Of a stretch of 30,262 nucleotides of DNA, positions 1-8,800 are shown piece after piece. Both the position numbers and the translations under genes were made by a program. The notes beneath the pieces were generated by a model. The model saw nothing but the letters and a program-made list of their open reading frames with translations, made no database searches and was not told the origin of the DNA. The stretch is from assembly GCA_030614005.1 (NCBI GenBank), contig JAUWKS010000039.1:1-30262 (forward strand). The letters are read 5' to 3'. This DNA is from Candidatus Heimdallarchaeota archaeon (lineage in GTDB: Archaea; Asgardarchaeota; Heimdallarchaeia; JABLTI01). Each line of letters begins with the position of its first letter. The stretch's first letter is position 1.

Positions 1-488
1 TATTGCTTTCCTTTGTATCCCGGTGGTTGTGCATCTTTATCGCCATTTCTCCTCAAAGCATGAAATGACTTGTAATCAGCTTCTAACTGCTTGAGCATTC
101 CTTGCAGTGTCTTTGAATAATTTTGTTTGTAACGAGGGTAAAGGACTTTTACCTTTGGTAGTTGTGCTGATTGCTTGTTGTAGGTAGGCTTTGTTTCTTT
201 GTCTCTGTTCTTCTTTGGTAAGTGCTTGTTTTTGTCCCACCACTCTTTTCGCTCTTTATTAGCAAAGTAATGTATTAATCGACAATTTTCTGCTAGAGCC
301 CAGAGAACTTTTTCTTGTTCTTTTGTTGGTTTGATCTTTACTTTAGCGGTTAGTTGGAGTGGTTTCTTCTTGGTTGGTTTTGTTACTTGTCGTACTTGTT
401 CCAGCGCTTTCTCTAATTCGTTCTTTGGCAAGTCAGCTATGAGTGTTTTATATGCTTTTCTTGTGAGGCGCTGTTCTTTTGAGAGCAT
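1..488 (-). CDS. tnpB: TnpB RNA-guided endonuclease, IS200/IS605 family; 5' part only (162 codons), runs off the left window edge
   Basis: My translation from ATG 488-486 has no stop before position 1: MLSKEQRLTRKAYKTLIADLPKNELEKALEQVRQVTKPTKKKPLQLTAKVKIKPTKEQEKVLWALAENCRLIHYFANKERKEWW...KQSAQLPKVKVLYPRYKQNYSKTLQGMLKQLEADYKSFHALRRNGDKDAQPPGYKGKQ. This matches the HTH_OrfB_IS605 pattern (KxxIxPTxEQ...L...CR) and the following 'LQ..LKxL...YKSF...PPxxK' segment. The RuvC domain is outside the window. Confidence 0.85.
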   Translation of the reverse strand, partial: MLSKEQRLTRKAYKTLIADLPKNELEKALEQVRQVTKPTKKKPLQLTAKVKIKPTKEQEKVLWALAENCRLIHYFANKERKEWWDKNKHLPKKNRDKETKPTYNKQSAQLPKVKVLYPRYKQNYSKTLQGMLKQLEADYKSFHALRRNGDKDAQPPGYKGKQ

Positions 489-540
489 TTTTTCTTCATA
501 CTATTATTGATTAGCTGAATATATTTCATTTAGCTAAAGA
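1..540 (-). mobile_element. Probable left part of a tnpB-only (IS1341-like) element or a derivative; left boundary uncertain
   Basis: tnpB has no tnpA (Y1 or serine recombinase) in the 317 bp before rio2. Imperfect hairpin ttagct...agctaa at 511-537. Confidence 0.45.
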
Positions 541-783
541 GATTACTGAAAGTATTGTCCTTTATTTAAAAGAATAGTTGAACAATTAGCCATTCGTACA
601 TCTTTTCTAAGAGGTATTTAAAAAGAAGAAAGAGTATTGAATTGTAGGAGAATCACTATGCAAAATTATTGAATTTTCTATGAAAAAAGATACTTGCTTA
701 TTTTCTTTGACTGTGGAAAATTTAAATATTGGTTAACGAAATGATATTGTAAACTAAAACAAATAATCCTAACCATTCAAAAG

Positions 784-805
784 CTTTTCCGGAAAAGAAA
801 AACAA
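784..805 (-). terminator. T-rich tract plus perfect 14-bp palindrome just after the rio2 stop
   Basis: The minus strand reads TGA ttgtttttcttttccggaaaagctttt; cttttccggaaaag (784-797) is its own reverse complement. Confidence 0.4.
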
Positions 806-1714
806 TCACTTTTTCTTTTTCTGAAGCTTCTCTTCATATTCGCTGTAAATTACATCAAGTATTTCTTTGGGGTTGGATTCAATGCTAAATTTTCTATTGA
901 AAAATTTACAAAGATTTTTGATATCTCTAAACAAGTATTCTTTCGCATTAGGATGATTAGCTAATTCATATTGGGGAAAGTCGATTATAAGAAAATCATG
1001 TTTTGGTGTGACTATGACATTATATTCGGATAAATCTCCATGAACAATATTGCCTTTTACAAAGAGCTTTCTTACTTGGGTCATAATACCATTAAATACT
1101 TTCAGTGGTTTTTTCAAATCGTAGGCATCAACCAATTCTATCCCATCAAAAAAATCCATCACTACAATGTGCCTATTTTGATCAATAGCGTTTGGTACTT
1201 TTGCTTTTATCTCCTTGGCTAATTTTAATCCCTGAAACTCTCGCTCTGCTGAAAGTCTTGATTTATAGAGCCAATTAATGTGCCCTCTCCTTCCAACATA
1301 ACTTCGAAGTTTTTTGCTTCTTTTAAAACTAGGTCGACCAACTCGATGTATCTTCGCTACTACTGTTTTCTGTTTTTTATCAAACGCAAAAAACACATCC
1401 GATTCCTTTCCCTTTCCTAACTCTCGACCAATGGCAACGATTACATCTCTCTCGGACAATGCTCTAAAAGCTAATACATCGTATCCATGATGCGTCAATT
1501 GATAACCAATATAATGCCCTTTCCAACGTAAAATTAGATCCTTGAAATGCAATGCATCTATTCTCTTTATTACTTCATCTATCGTTAATTTGCTGAATTC
1601 AACAACGGTTTCAATTGAAACATATTCAGATGTTCGCATTCCTACTTCTATAGATTGTAGTATGCGAAAGTCTGCTTTCTCTAGTTCAAGAAGATATTCA
1701 GCTGCTTTAGACAT
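806..1714 (-). CDS. rio2: RIO2-type Ser/Thr kinase/ATPase (small-subunit ribosome maturation)
   Basis: N-terminal winged helix (GYQLTHHGYDVLA), GxGKES P-loop, AKIHRVGRPSF, catalytic IVHGDLSEYNV, IDFPQ; GGAG SD upstream. Confidence 0.93.
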   Translation of the reverse strand: MSKAAEYLLELEKADFRILQSIEVGMRTSEYVSIETVVEFSKLTIDEVIKRIDALHFKDLILRWKGHYIGYQLTHHGYDVLAFRALSERDVIVAIGRELGKGKESDVFFAFDKKQKTVVAKIHRVGRPSFKRSKKLRSYVGRRGHINWLYKSRLSAEREFQGLKLAKEIKAKVPNAIDQNRHIVVMDFFDGIELVDAYDLKKPLKVFNGIMTQVRKLFVKGNIVHGDLSEYNVIVTPKHDFLIIDFPQYELANHPNAKEYLFRDIKNLCKFFNRKFSIESNPKEILDVIYSEYEEKLQKKKK

Positions 1715-1862
1715 TCTAAGTGATTACTCCTGCTATAATTAATAGAACATATTCGTTATTAATGCTTTTTTGTTTGCTTAATTACTAATTTATATTAAAT
1801 TTTGCTATTTCTTTTTACTAATAATATAGGCAAAAGAATAAATTAATACATTCAACAATCTT

Positions 1863-1870
1863 TTTATAAA
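1863..1870 (+). promoter_or_regulatory. Candidate TATA box (TTTATAAA) for the ArsR gene
   Basis: Consensus archaeal TATA box about 100 nt upstream of ATG 1968 in the divergent rio2/arsR intergenic region. Confidence 0.4.
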
Positions 1871-1924
1871 ACAAACGTCAGAAAAGTTACAGAAACTTTT
1901 ATTTATTACAATTATTCTTAATTG

Positions 1925-1944
1925 TACTTCTACAAGTAGAAGTA
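1925..1944. promoter_or_regulatory. Perfect 9-2-9 inverted repeat, probable ArsR autoregulatory operator
   Basis: tacttctac-aa-gtagaagta ends 23 nt before the arsR start codon. ArsR/SmtB operators are typically dyads with a 2-bp spacer. Confidence 0.6.
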
Positions 1945-1967
1945 AAGAATTGAATTGAGGTAATAAT

Positions 1968-2246
1968 ATGTCTGAAGAAACTCTCAATGTACATGAAGAC
2001 AAAATCAATAAAGTCGCAAAAGCTTTGTCATCAAAAACTCGTGTGAAAATATTAAAATTGACCTCTGAGAAAGATATTGACGTAAGCCGTATCGCTGGTC
2101 TGTTAAACCAGACAGAAGCAAATATTAGTGCTCAAGTTAAAATTCTCGAAGAAGCTGGTCTATTAGTTTCACGATATGAACCTGGTATGCATGGTGTAAG
2201 AAAAATATGCAGTACAAGGGTTGATACAGTTATTTTTAGTTTGTAA
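1968..2246 (+). CDS. ArsR/SmtB-family winged-helix transcriptional regulator
   Basis: AKALSSKTRVKIL...SRIAGLLNQTEANISAQVKILEEAGLL wHTH pattern; GAGGT SD 6 nt before the ATG. Confidence 0.85.
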   Translation: MSEETLNVHEDKINKVAKALSSKTRVKILKLTSEKDIDVSRIAGLLNQTEANISAQVKILEEAGLLVSRYEPGMHGVRKICSTRVDTVIFSL

Positions 2247-2261
2247 TGAACTAAACTAAAT

Positions 2262-2313
2262 ATCCAATCTATATTCAGGTAGGTATCAATAAGACTGAAT
2301 ATATGAGTTGGAT
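2262..2313. terminator. Long hairpin between convergent arsR and pyrG (bidirectional terminator or small structured element)
   Basis: atccaa/ttggat, tc/ga and tatattcag/ctgaatata give 17 bp with two 1-nt bulges and a 16-nt loop. Confidence 0.5.
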
Positions 2314-2349
2314 TTCATTTACTTTATTCTTGGAAAAGAGAGATGAATA

Positions 2350-3987
2350 CTAATTTTTCTTTAATTTCATTCTCTCAATTGCTGCGTCAACAAATCCTTT
2401 GAAGAGTGGATTCGGACTCCAAGGAATGGAGGTAAATTCTGGATGAAATTGTGACGCATGGAAAAAGGCATGACCGGGTAGCTCTAAGATTTCCATTCTT
2501 CGTTTGTCTTCTGATGTTCCTGAAAAGACCAGACCTTTTTCTTCGAATTTGCCGATATAATCTGGATTAACTTCAAATCTATGTCTATGGCGTTCACGAA
2601 TAGTTGTAGAACCATATAACTCGAATGTCTTGGTTCCTTCCTTGAGAAGAACAGTTTGTCCTCCTAAATTCATCGTTCCACCTAAATCGCTCACATTTTT
2701 CTGTTCGGGAAGCAAATCAATTACTAGATTCTTTGATTTTACATCACCATTCATTGTAAATTCATAGCTAGTGGCATCTGCTAATTTCAAAACATGTCGG
2801 GCGAATTCAACAGTTGCTAACTGGAAACCAAAACATAATCCAAGGAAAGGGATATTATTTTCTCTTGCATATTGAATCATTTTGATCTTTCCTTCTGTGC
2901 CACGATACCCAAAACCTCCTGGAATAATAAGACCATCGTAAGATTCCAGTACTTTCGTTTTCAGAGAATCATTTTCAATATCCTCAGTTTCAATCCAATC
3001 GATTTGGACAGTATATTTGTGTATTGCTGCTGCATGTTTTAAAGCTTCATTAACCGAAATATATGAATCAACTATTTGAGTATATTTTCCACCCATAGCA
3101 ATTTTAATAGTAGCAATGGGATTTTCATATCTGTCTATGAGTTCATTCCAAGTTTTCCAATTGGGTTTAGCTAATTTTAGATCTAACATTCCTAAAATTA
3201 AATCACCGAAACCTTCCTGATCAAGTAAATATGGTGCAGAATATACAGACCCTAAATCTGGTAAAGTGAATACCGCTTTTTGAGGAACATTACAGAATAA
3301 AGCAACTTTTCTTTCAGTTGCCTCGTCTAAAACATCATGACTGCGACAAACAATGATATCTGGATTTAATCCAATACTTCGAAGTTCTTTTACAGAATGC
3401 TGTGTAGGTTTTGTTTTTGGTTCACCTAAATGTGGTGGAACTGGGACATAGGTGGTGTGAACAAGAAGAGTATCTTCTTTATCTTCTTCCATTAGTATTT
3501 GACGGATAGCTTCCAAATAGGGTAAAGATTCAATATCTCCTACTGTACCGCCAACTTCAACCAACAAGGCATCTGGATTTTTATAGTCGATTACAGCTCG
3601 AATTCTTTTCTTGATTTCATCAACAATGTGGGGAATTACTTGAACGGTTTGCCCGAGGAAATCTCCTGCGCGCTCTCTTCTAATTACTTCTCGATATACT
3701 TTCCCCGTAGTAATGTTCTGACTCTTTTGCATACTGAGCCCTAAGATACGAGCGTAATGTCCAAAATCAACATCAATTTCCCCACCATCATCTGTAACGT
3801 AAACCTCACCATGTTGAATTGGATTCATAGTCCCAGCATCGATATTAAGATAAGGATCCATCTTTATGAGATCTACAGTTCCTTTTCTTACTTGGATATT
3901 CTTTCCAATACTAGAAGCAACAATTCCTTTCCCGATACCTGACATTACTCCTCCAACGACAAAGATATATTTTGTTTTCTTAGACAT
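2350..3987 (-). CDS. pyrG: CTP synthase
   Basis: GGVMSGIGKG, KMDPYLNIDAGTMNPIQHGEV, EVGGTVGDIES; glutaminase Cys in GLCFGFQ and QFHPEF. Confidence 0.98.
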   Translation of the reverse strand: MSKKTKYIFVVGGVMSGIGKGIVASSIGKNIQVRKGTVDLIKMDPYLNIDAGTMNPIQHGEVYVTDDGGEIDVDFGHYARILGLSMQKSQNITTGKVYREVIRRERAGDFLGQTVQVIPHIVDEIKKRIRAVIDYKNPDALLVEVGGTVGDIESLPYLEAIRQILMEEDKEDTLLVHTTYVPVPPHLGEPKTKPTQHSVKELRSIGLNPDIIVCRSHDVLDEATERKVALFCNVPQKAVFTLPDLGSVYSAPYLLDQEGFGDLILGMLDLKLAKPNWKTWNELIDRYENPIATIKIAMGGKYTQIVDSYISVNEALKHAAAIHKYTVQIDWIETEDIENDSLKTKVLESYDGLIIPGGFGYRGTEGKIKMIQYARENNIPFLGLCFGFQLATVEFARHVLKLADATSYEFTMNGDVKSKNLVIDLLPEQKNVSDLGGTMNLGGQTVLLKEGTKTFELYGSTTIRERHRHRFEVNPDYIGKFEEKGLVFSGTSEDKRRMEILELPGHAFFHASQFHPEFTSIPWSPNPLFKGFVDAAIERMKLKKN

Positions 3988-4238
3988 TTGCTCACTTCAA
4001 CATACTTGTTTTTTAAAAAAATAACTTCGTTTTATCGAGTATAATAATATTTGGTTAACCAATAATTTACATGTATTTCAAATTATGGTTCATAGGTCTT
4101 TTGTAAGAGTGAAAAATTAATTGTTATCTAAAATGATAACTCATATATACTTTATTATCGACATTTGATTCATTAAAAGAAAAAGATTTTCTTAAGCAAA
4201 GGATGCTAACTATTTGCTTAAGGATTTTGGTTTTTTTT

Positions 4239-5606
4239 CTACTGAGTTGCTGCAGTAATATTGCAATCTACTACCTTAATCGTAGGGATAAACGTAGGGG
4301 TATTTACTTCCCACCATCGTATTTGCTTTCGATCACTGCCAATTGCGGAGATATTTTTACTCATACGAAGAAGATTGTCAGCTATTCTAAGTTTCCTAAC
4401 TGGCTTTTTAATTTCACCATCTTCGATTAAGAACATACCATCTCGTGGGATTGAAGAGAATTCTCCTTCGAGCATGTTGGTGTAGCGTGTATACCAGTTT
4501 GATGTTACGTAAATAGTGGGTTTCTTCGAGTCTGCTACTATCTCATCAAATGATTGATTCCCTTGTGGATAAACCATGTTTGTGGGTGTGGGTGCAAGGA
4601 GTTTAGATCCTGCGCCAAAATCTAGTAGATCAGAATTACCAGTTGTTTATGCTTGCATCATTAAACCTGGCGTTGTGTTGGGTATTAATCCAATTAAAAC
4701 ACCTTTGTCGATAATAGGCGTTTTACTTGTAGGCGTCCCTTCGATATCAAATGGCTTACTACCAAATCCTTCACCGATGTGAGGGTCATCAACAATATTG
4801 AGGTTTTCAGGACCAATTTGTTCGCCGAAATGATCGCTAAGCGGGCTCATACCAATGAGCATCATAACGGGGTTGGCTCCATTGGTTATTTCACCGAGAA
4901 TATTAGCTGCGACAGTTGGGCTCATAATAAGATCATATTTGCCAGCCTTACCTTGTTTCCCACCAATAGCCATAGTAGCAATTTTTCCTGCATTTTTGCC
5001 TGCTAGAGCCATCTTCTTCTCCAAATCGCTCAAATCTCTGCCAACAATGATGTCTTGTCCACTGCTCTCATTATCAACAAAAGAACGAATCGTAGAACGA
5101 TAGTAAGATGATTCATAGGATGCATTTACACCATAGCCGGTCATAAGCTCAGTTTTTACATTGCCAAAATAGAGTACACCTGCAACTCTTTTTGCTCCAG
5201 CTTCGATGGCAGAATCAATGGCTATGTTGACCATTTCAGGTGCTTTTTCAAACAGGTTATGTGTACGCTTATCATATAATCCATCGATCTTCTTGTACGA
5301 ATGAACTTTTTGTTGCATACCAGCGTAGAGATCACTATCAGGCATTTTTTTAGCAAAACTAACTGCACGAGGAATCGTTTTTTCTATTTTCGCTTCAGTA
5401 GGATCTTGAATATCTACTTGAGTAATTTTTCTACCAACTGCTAGGAATACTTCTAATACATTGGTGTCCCATTTCTTAGAAATATCAATATTGGAATTAG
5501 AAAATCTAATTTGATAGCTTGGATTCTGGGTTAATTTTGCTATTACTTCAGTTGCTCCTTCTTTTTGCGCAAGTTTGATTACTTTTTCCGGATAATTCTC
5601 AGTCAT
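4239..5606 (-). pseudogene. pmbA: PmbA/TldE-family protease partner subunit interrupted by an in-frame TAA (pseudogene or sequence error)
   Basis: Track ORFs 4647..5606 and 4239..4577 share a frame. Read through, the sequence is ...GLIPNTTPGLMMQA*TTGNSDLLDFGAGSKLLAPTPTNMVYPQG..., giving about 455 aa. Motifs: DDPHIGEGFGSKPFDIEGTPT, YVTSNWYTRY, RDGMFLIEDGEI. No HExxxH motif. Confidence 0.8.
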
Positions 5607-5607
5607 C

Positions 5608-7053
5608 TTATTCTCCTCCTAAGCGAATATTTCTCATTCTCACTTGTGCACCGCCCATCCAACAGGGAGCACCTTGCATTGGGTCCGATTTTCCACAAGT
5701 TCCATATGGGAATTCAGTATCTTTAGAAACTGCATCTACACCACCAAATAAACCAAAAGTAGTTAGTTCAAGTGTGGGTCTACGAATCATCGTATCTGTT
5801 ACTTCTCCGTTCTCTATGAGATAAACTTCAAGACCAACGTATTTACTTTGGAAGCGACGGTCATCAATGTTCCATTCAGTGAAGCTCTTCATATAGATGC
5901 CTTTCTTCACATCTTCGATCAATTCTTCAACTTGAAATTCTCCTGGAGCAAAATAGGTATTAGCCATCCGAACTAATGGTTCACGATTGTATCCAATTGC
6001 CCTTGCAGCTGCATTTGATTTTGTTTCAAAACGTGAGGCAAATTCCCTATTAAGCAGAAGATCGTTTATCATCCCTTCTTTTATTAGAAATCTTGGCCTT
6101 GCTTTAACACATTCATCATCATAGAGATAATATCCTGCACTACCTGGCATTGTTGGATCATCAATTAGTGTCACTGCTTCTGTTCCAATTTTGATTTCAC
6201 CTAATTTTTGTTTTTCAAGCAAGTCGATATAGAATGATTCTCCTGCTTGTGCGCCTTCTCTACCTAATATTCGATCCCCTTCGGAAGGGTGTCCAGTATT
6301 TTCGTGTGCGATTATACCTGCAACTTCACCACTAACAACAACATCTGTGACCCCAAGTTTCATGTTTTTCGCTTGGTTTGCAGTTTTTACTAATGCTCGA
6401 TTGTCCTCAATGATTTTTTCAATGATATTATCTTCTTTGAACCATTCCCAACCTTTTGAACTTGCTTGTCCATAAAATCTTTGCTCAGAACCCAAAGGTC
6501 CTTTTGCTGTGTTGAATGTATAAAATGCAATTAGCGATTTATCTGATTCCACTTTTGACCCTTCGCTGTTTACAATGTATTTTTTGTTTCTAGTCATCTC
6601 GAGCAGAAGTGTTCGCATAACTAAGCTTTCACCAAAATCTTGGTTGACAAGTGTTTTATCTAAATCTATGATAAACTGAACCTTTTCCTCATCAGATTTG
6701 TCTTCAATATGTTGTTTAACATCTGCTTGCCATTTCGTTTCCACAACATCTTCTTCAGAAAAAACGATGGGTGTTTTTCTCTTGCTCGCTTGAGCCATTT
6801 TCAAAGCAATATCTATTGCTTTCTCAATATTTTGTTTCTCTAATTTTGCGGTAGAACAGAATCCAATTCCTCCCTCAGTGATTACTCTGATGCCAATTCC
6901 TTTGGAGAAGCTTTCTCCTCCACCAATGATAGCACCATTTCTGGTCGTATATCCTTCACTTCGAGAATCTACAAATCGAGCTTCAATATATGAGGCTCCT
7001 TTTTTGGTTCCGTATTCTACGGCATGCTCTGCAATTTCATAACCGTCTTTCAT
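5608..7053 (-). CDS. tldD: TldD-family metalloprotease (catalytic subunit)
   Basis: HENTGHPSEGDR (HExxxH), RMANTYFAPG, C-terminal GTCGKSDPMQ; directly upstream of pmbA (1-nt gap, GGAGG SD). Confidence 0.92.
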   Translation of the reverse strand: MKDGYEIAEHAVEYGTKKGASYIEARFVDSRSEGYTTRNGAIIGGGESFSKGIGIRVITEGGIGFCSTAKLEKQNIEKAIDIALKMAQASKRKTPIVFSEEDVVETKWQADVKQHIEDKSDEEKVQFIIDLDKTLVNQDFGESLVMRTLLLEMTRNKKYIVNSEGSKVESDKSLIAFYTFNTAKGPLGSEQRFYGQASSKGWEWFKEDNIIEKIIEDNRALVKTANQAKNMKLGVTDVVVSGEVAGIIAHENTGHPSEGDRILGREGAQAGESFYIDLLEKQKLGEIKIGTEAVTLIDDPTMPGSAGYYLYDDECVKARPRFLIKEGMINDLLLNREFASRFETKSNAAARAIGYNREPLVRMANTYFAPGEFQVEELIEDVKKGIYMKSFTEWNIDDRRFQSKYVGLEVYLIENGEVTDTMIRRPTLELTTFGLFGGVDAVSKDTEFPYGTCGKSDPMQGAPCWMGGAQVRMRNIRLGGE

Positions 7054-7209
7054 CGTATGTGACCCATTACAATTATTTTAGAATTACTCGTTTAATGAGT
7101 TTTAACTTATAAAAGAATATTTTGTGCAGTCTATTAGGGCAAAAATTTCTTAAAACGCTAACAAATATGTTCATATGGATTATCTTGAAACTTGGATGAA
7201 GGAATAATT

Positions 7210-8679
7210 ATGATTGATTTAACAATAAATGAAAAAATCCTTTCAAAAGCCGTTAAACGTGCTCGAGAGCAAAATATTATTATCCCAACCTTTGAGGAGC
7301 AAAGAAACCCAAGATTAATTCCAAAAAAAATAGTAAAAGAATTATCATCTTTGGGCCTTTGGGAAGTTCATCCAAGAAATCTCTTCCGCATTACTTGGAA
7401 AAATGAACCTAAAGACAAATGTGGTAAATTTTCTTCTCACCCCAATTATATTGAGTTGCCTCATGAACTTACAGGTGTTGAAGCTCGTATTATTGCTTTA
7501 GTAGGCAAATGGTTTCCAACAGGTTCACATAAAGTTGGCGCTACCTTTGGATGCTTAATACCTAAATTGATCACTGGACAGTTTGACCCAACTTCCCAAG
7601 TGGCTGTGTGGCCATCTACTGGAAATTATTGTCGAGGAGGTGCATATAACGCAACTCTTCTTGCATGTAAATCTTTAGCCATCCTCCCAGAAGAGATGTC
7701 TCAAGAGAGATTCAAGTGGTTGCAATCTGTTGCAGGAGAAGTTATAACTACTCCTGGTGGTGAAAGCAATGTGAAGGAAATTTTTGATAAATGCTCGGAG
7801 TTACGAAAAGAGCGTGGAGATAAATTAGTTATTTTCAATCAATTTGACGAGTTTGGAAATCACTTGTGGCATCACGAAGTCACAGGACCTTCTATGCAAG
7901 AAGTTCTGGTTAAAGAAATGAATAACTCGAAATTACGTGGCGTGTGTTTAACTACTGGTTCTGCAGGAACCTTGGGTGCTGCAGACTATCTGAAATCAAT
8001 TTACCCTCAATCAAAAACTGTTGCCGGTGAATCGCTACAATGTCCAACTATGTTACAAAATGGTTTTGGTTATCATCGAATAGAAGGTATTGGTGATAAA
8101 CACATTCCATGGATTCATAATACCAAACAAACAGATTTTGTAATCGCTATTGATGATCAAGATTGTATGAACCTTTTGAGACTCTTCAATGAACCTTTTG
8201 GCAAACAATATTTGTTACGTGAAGGAGTTCCTGAATATATGGTCAATGGCCTTCATCTTCTAGGCATCTCGAGCATTGCTAATCTTCTAATGGCAATTAA
8301 ATTTGCCAAATATTTTGAGCTTACTCGTCAAGATATTGTGCTAACTGTTTTTACCGATTCAACTGAATTATATTATTCTCGTCTTAAGGAACTGAACTTG
8401 CGTTATGGTGAATATTCTGAAATGCGAGCAGCAATAGATTTTCATCGATCACTTCAAAGTATAAGAACTGATAGTATGCAAGAGCTTCGTTATGCAGATA
8501 AACAGCGCTTGCATCATTTGAAATATTTTACTTGGGTGGAACAACAAGGAAAATCAGTTGAAGAATTAAATCAACAATGGTATGATGAAGAGAATTACTG
8601 GAATAATATTCATAAACAAACCTCCAAAATTGATGAATTAATTATTGAGTTCAACAATAAAGTGAATTTGTTTAAGTAG
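7210..8679 (+). CDS. Fold-type II PLP-dependent enzyme (cysteine synthase/threonine synthase-like); substrate unknown
   Basis: PTGSHKVGA (PLP Lys), PSTGNY, TTGSAGTL phosphate loop, HRIEGIGD. ATG 7210 with a GAAGGA SD is preferred over track TTG 7192. Confidence 0.8.
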   Translation: MIDLTINEKILSKAVKRAREQNIIIPTFEEQRNPRLIPKKIVKELSSLGLWEVHPRNLFRITWKNEPKDKCGKFSSHPNYIELPHELTGVEARIIALVGKWFPTGSHKVGATFGCLIPKLITGQFDPTSQVAVWPSTGNYCRGGAYNATLLACKSLAILPEEMSQERFKWLQSVAGEVITTPGGESNVKEIFDKCSELRKERGDKLVIFNQFDEFGNHLWHHEVTGPSMQEVLVKEMNNSKLRGVCLTTGSAGTLGAADYLKSIYPQSKTVAGESLQCPTMLQNGFGYHRIEGIGDKHIPWIHNTKQTDFVIAIDDQDCMNLLRLFNEPFGKQYLLREGVPEYMVNGLHLLGISSIANLLMAIKFAKYFELTRQDIVLTVFTDSTELYYSRLKELNLRYGEYSEMRAAIDFHRSLQSIRTDSMQELRYADKQRLHHLKYFTWVEQQGKSVEELNQQWYDEENYWNNIHKQTSKIDELIIEFNNKVNLFK

Positions 8680-8800
8680 AGAAGCAAAAACAAATATAAA
8701 TATCTCATTTCTTTTCACTCAACTTGAGCAATAAGAAGATAAAAGCATTCGAAAGAATTTTATCTTCTATTATTTACTAAAAAGATGAGAGTAGTAGACG

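Noticed and set aside
1805-2008. 67-aa minus-strand ORF in the rio2/arsR intergenic region
   Set aside because: Overlaps the arsR start, operator and promoter; its composition is that of AT-rich non-coding DNA.
4203-4430. 75-aa plus-strand ORF and other 60-105 aa track ORFs overlapping rio2, pyrG, pmbA, atpC, atpI, alaS and the oxidoreductase
   Set aside because: They overlap well-supported genes on the other strand or frame and show no motifs or SD.
4647-4649. Programmed readthrough or Pyl/Sec recoding in pmbA
   Set aside because: The codon is TAA, which neither system recodes, and all other genes use standard stops.
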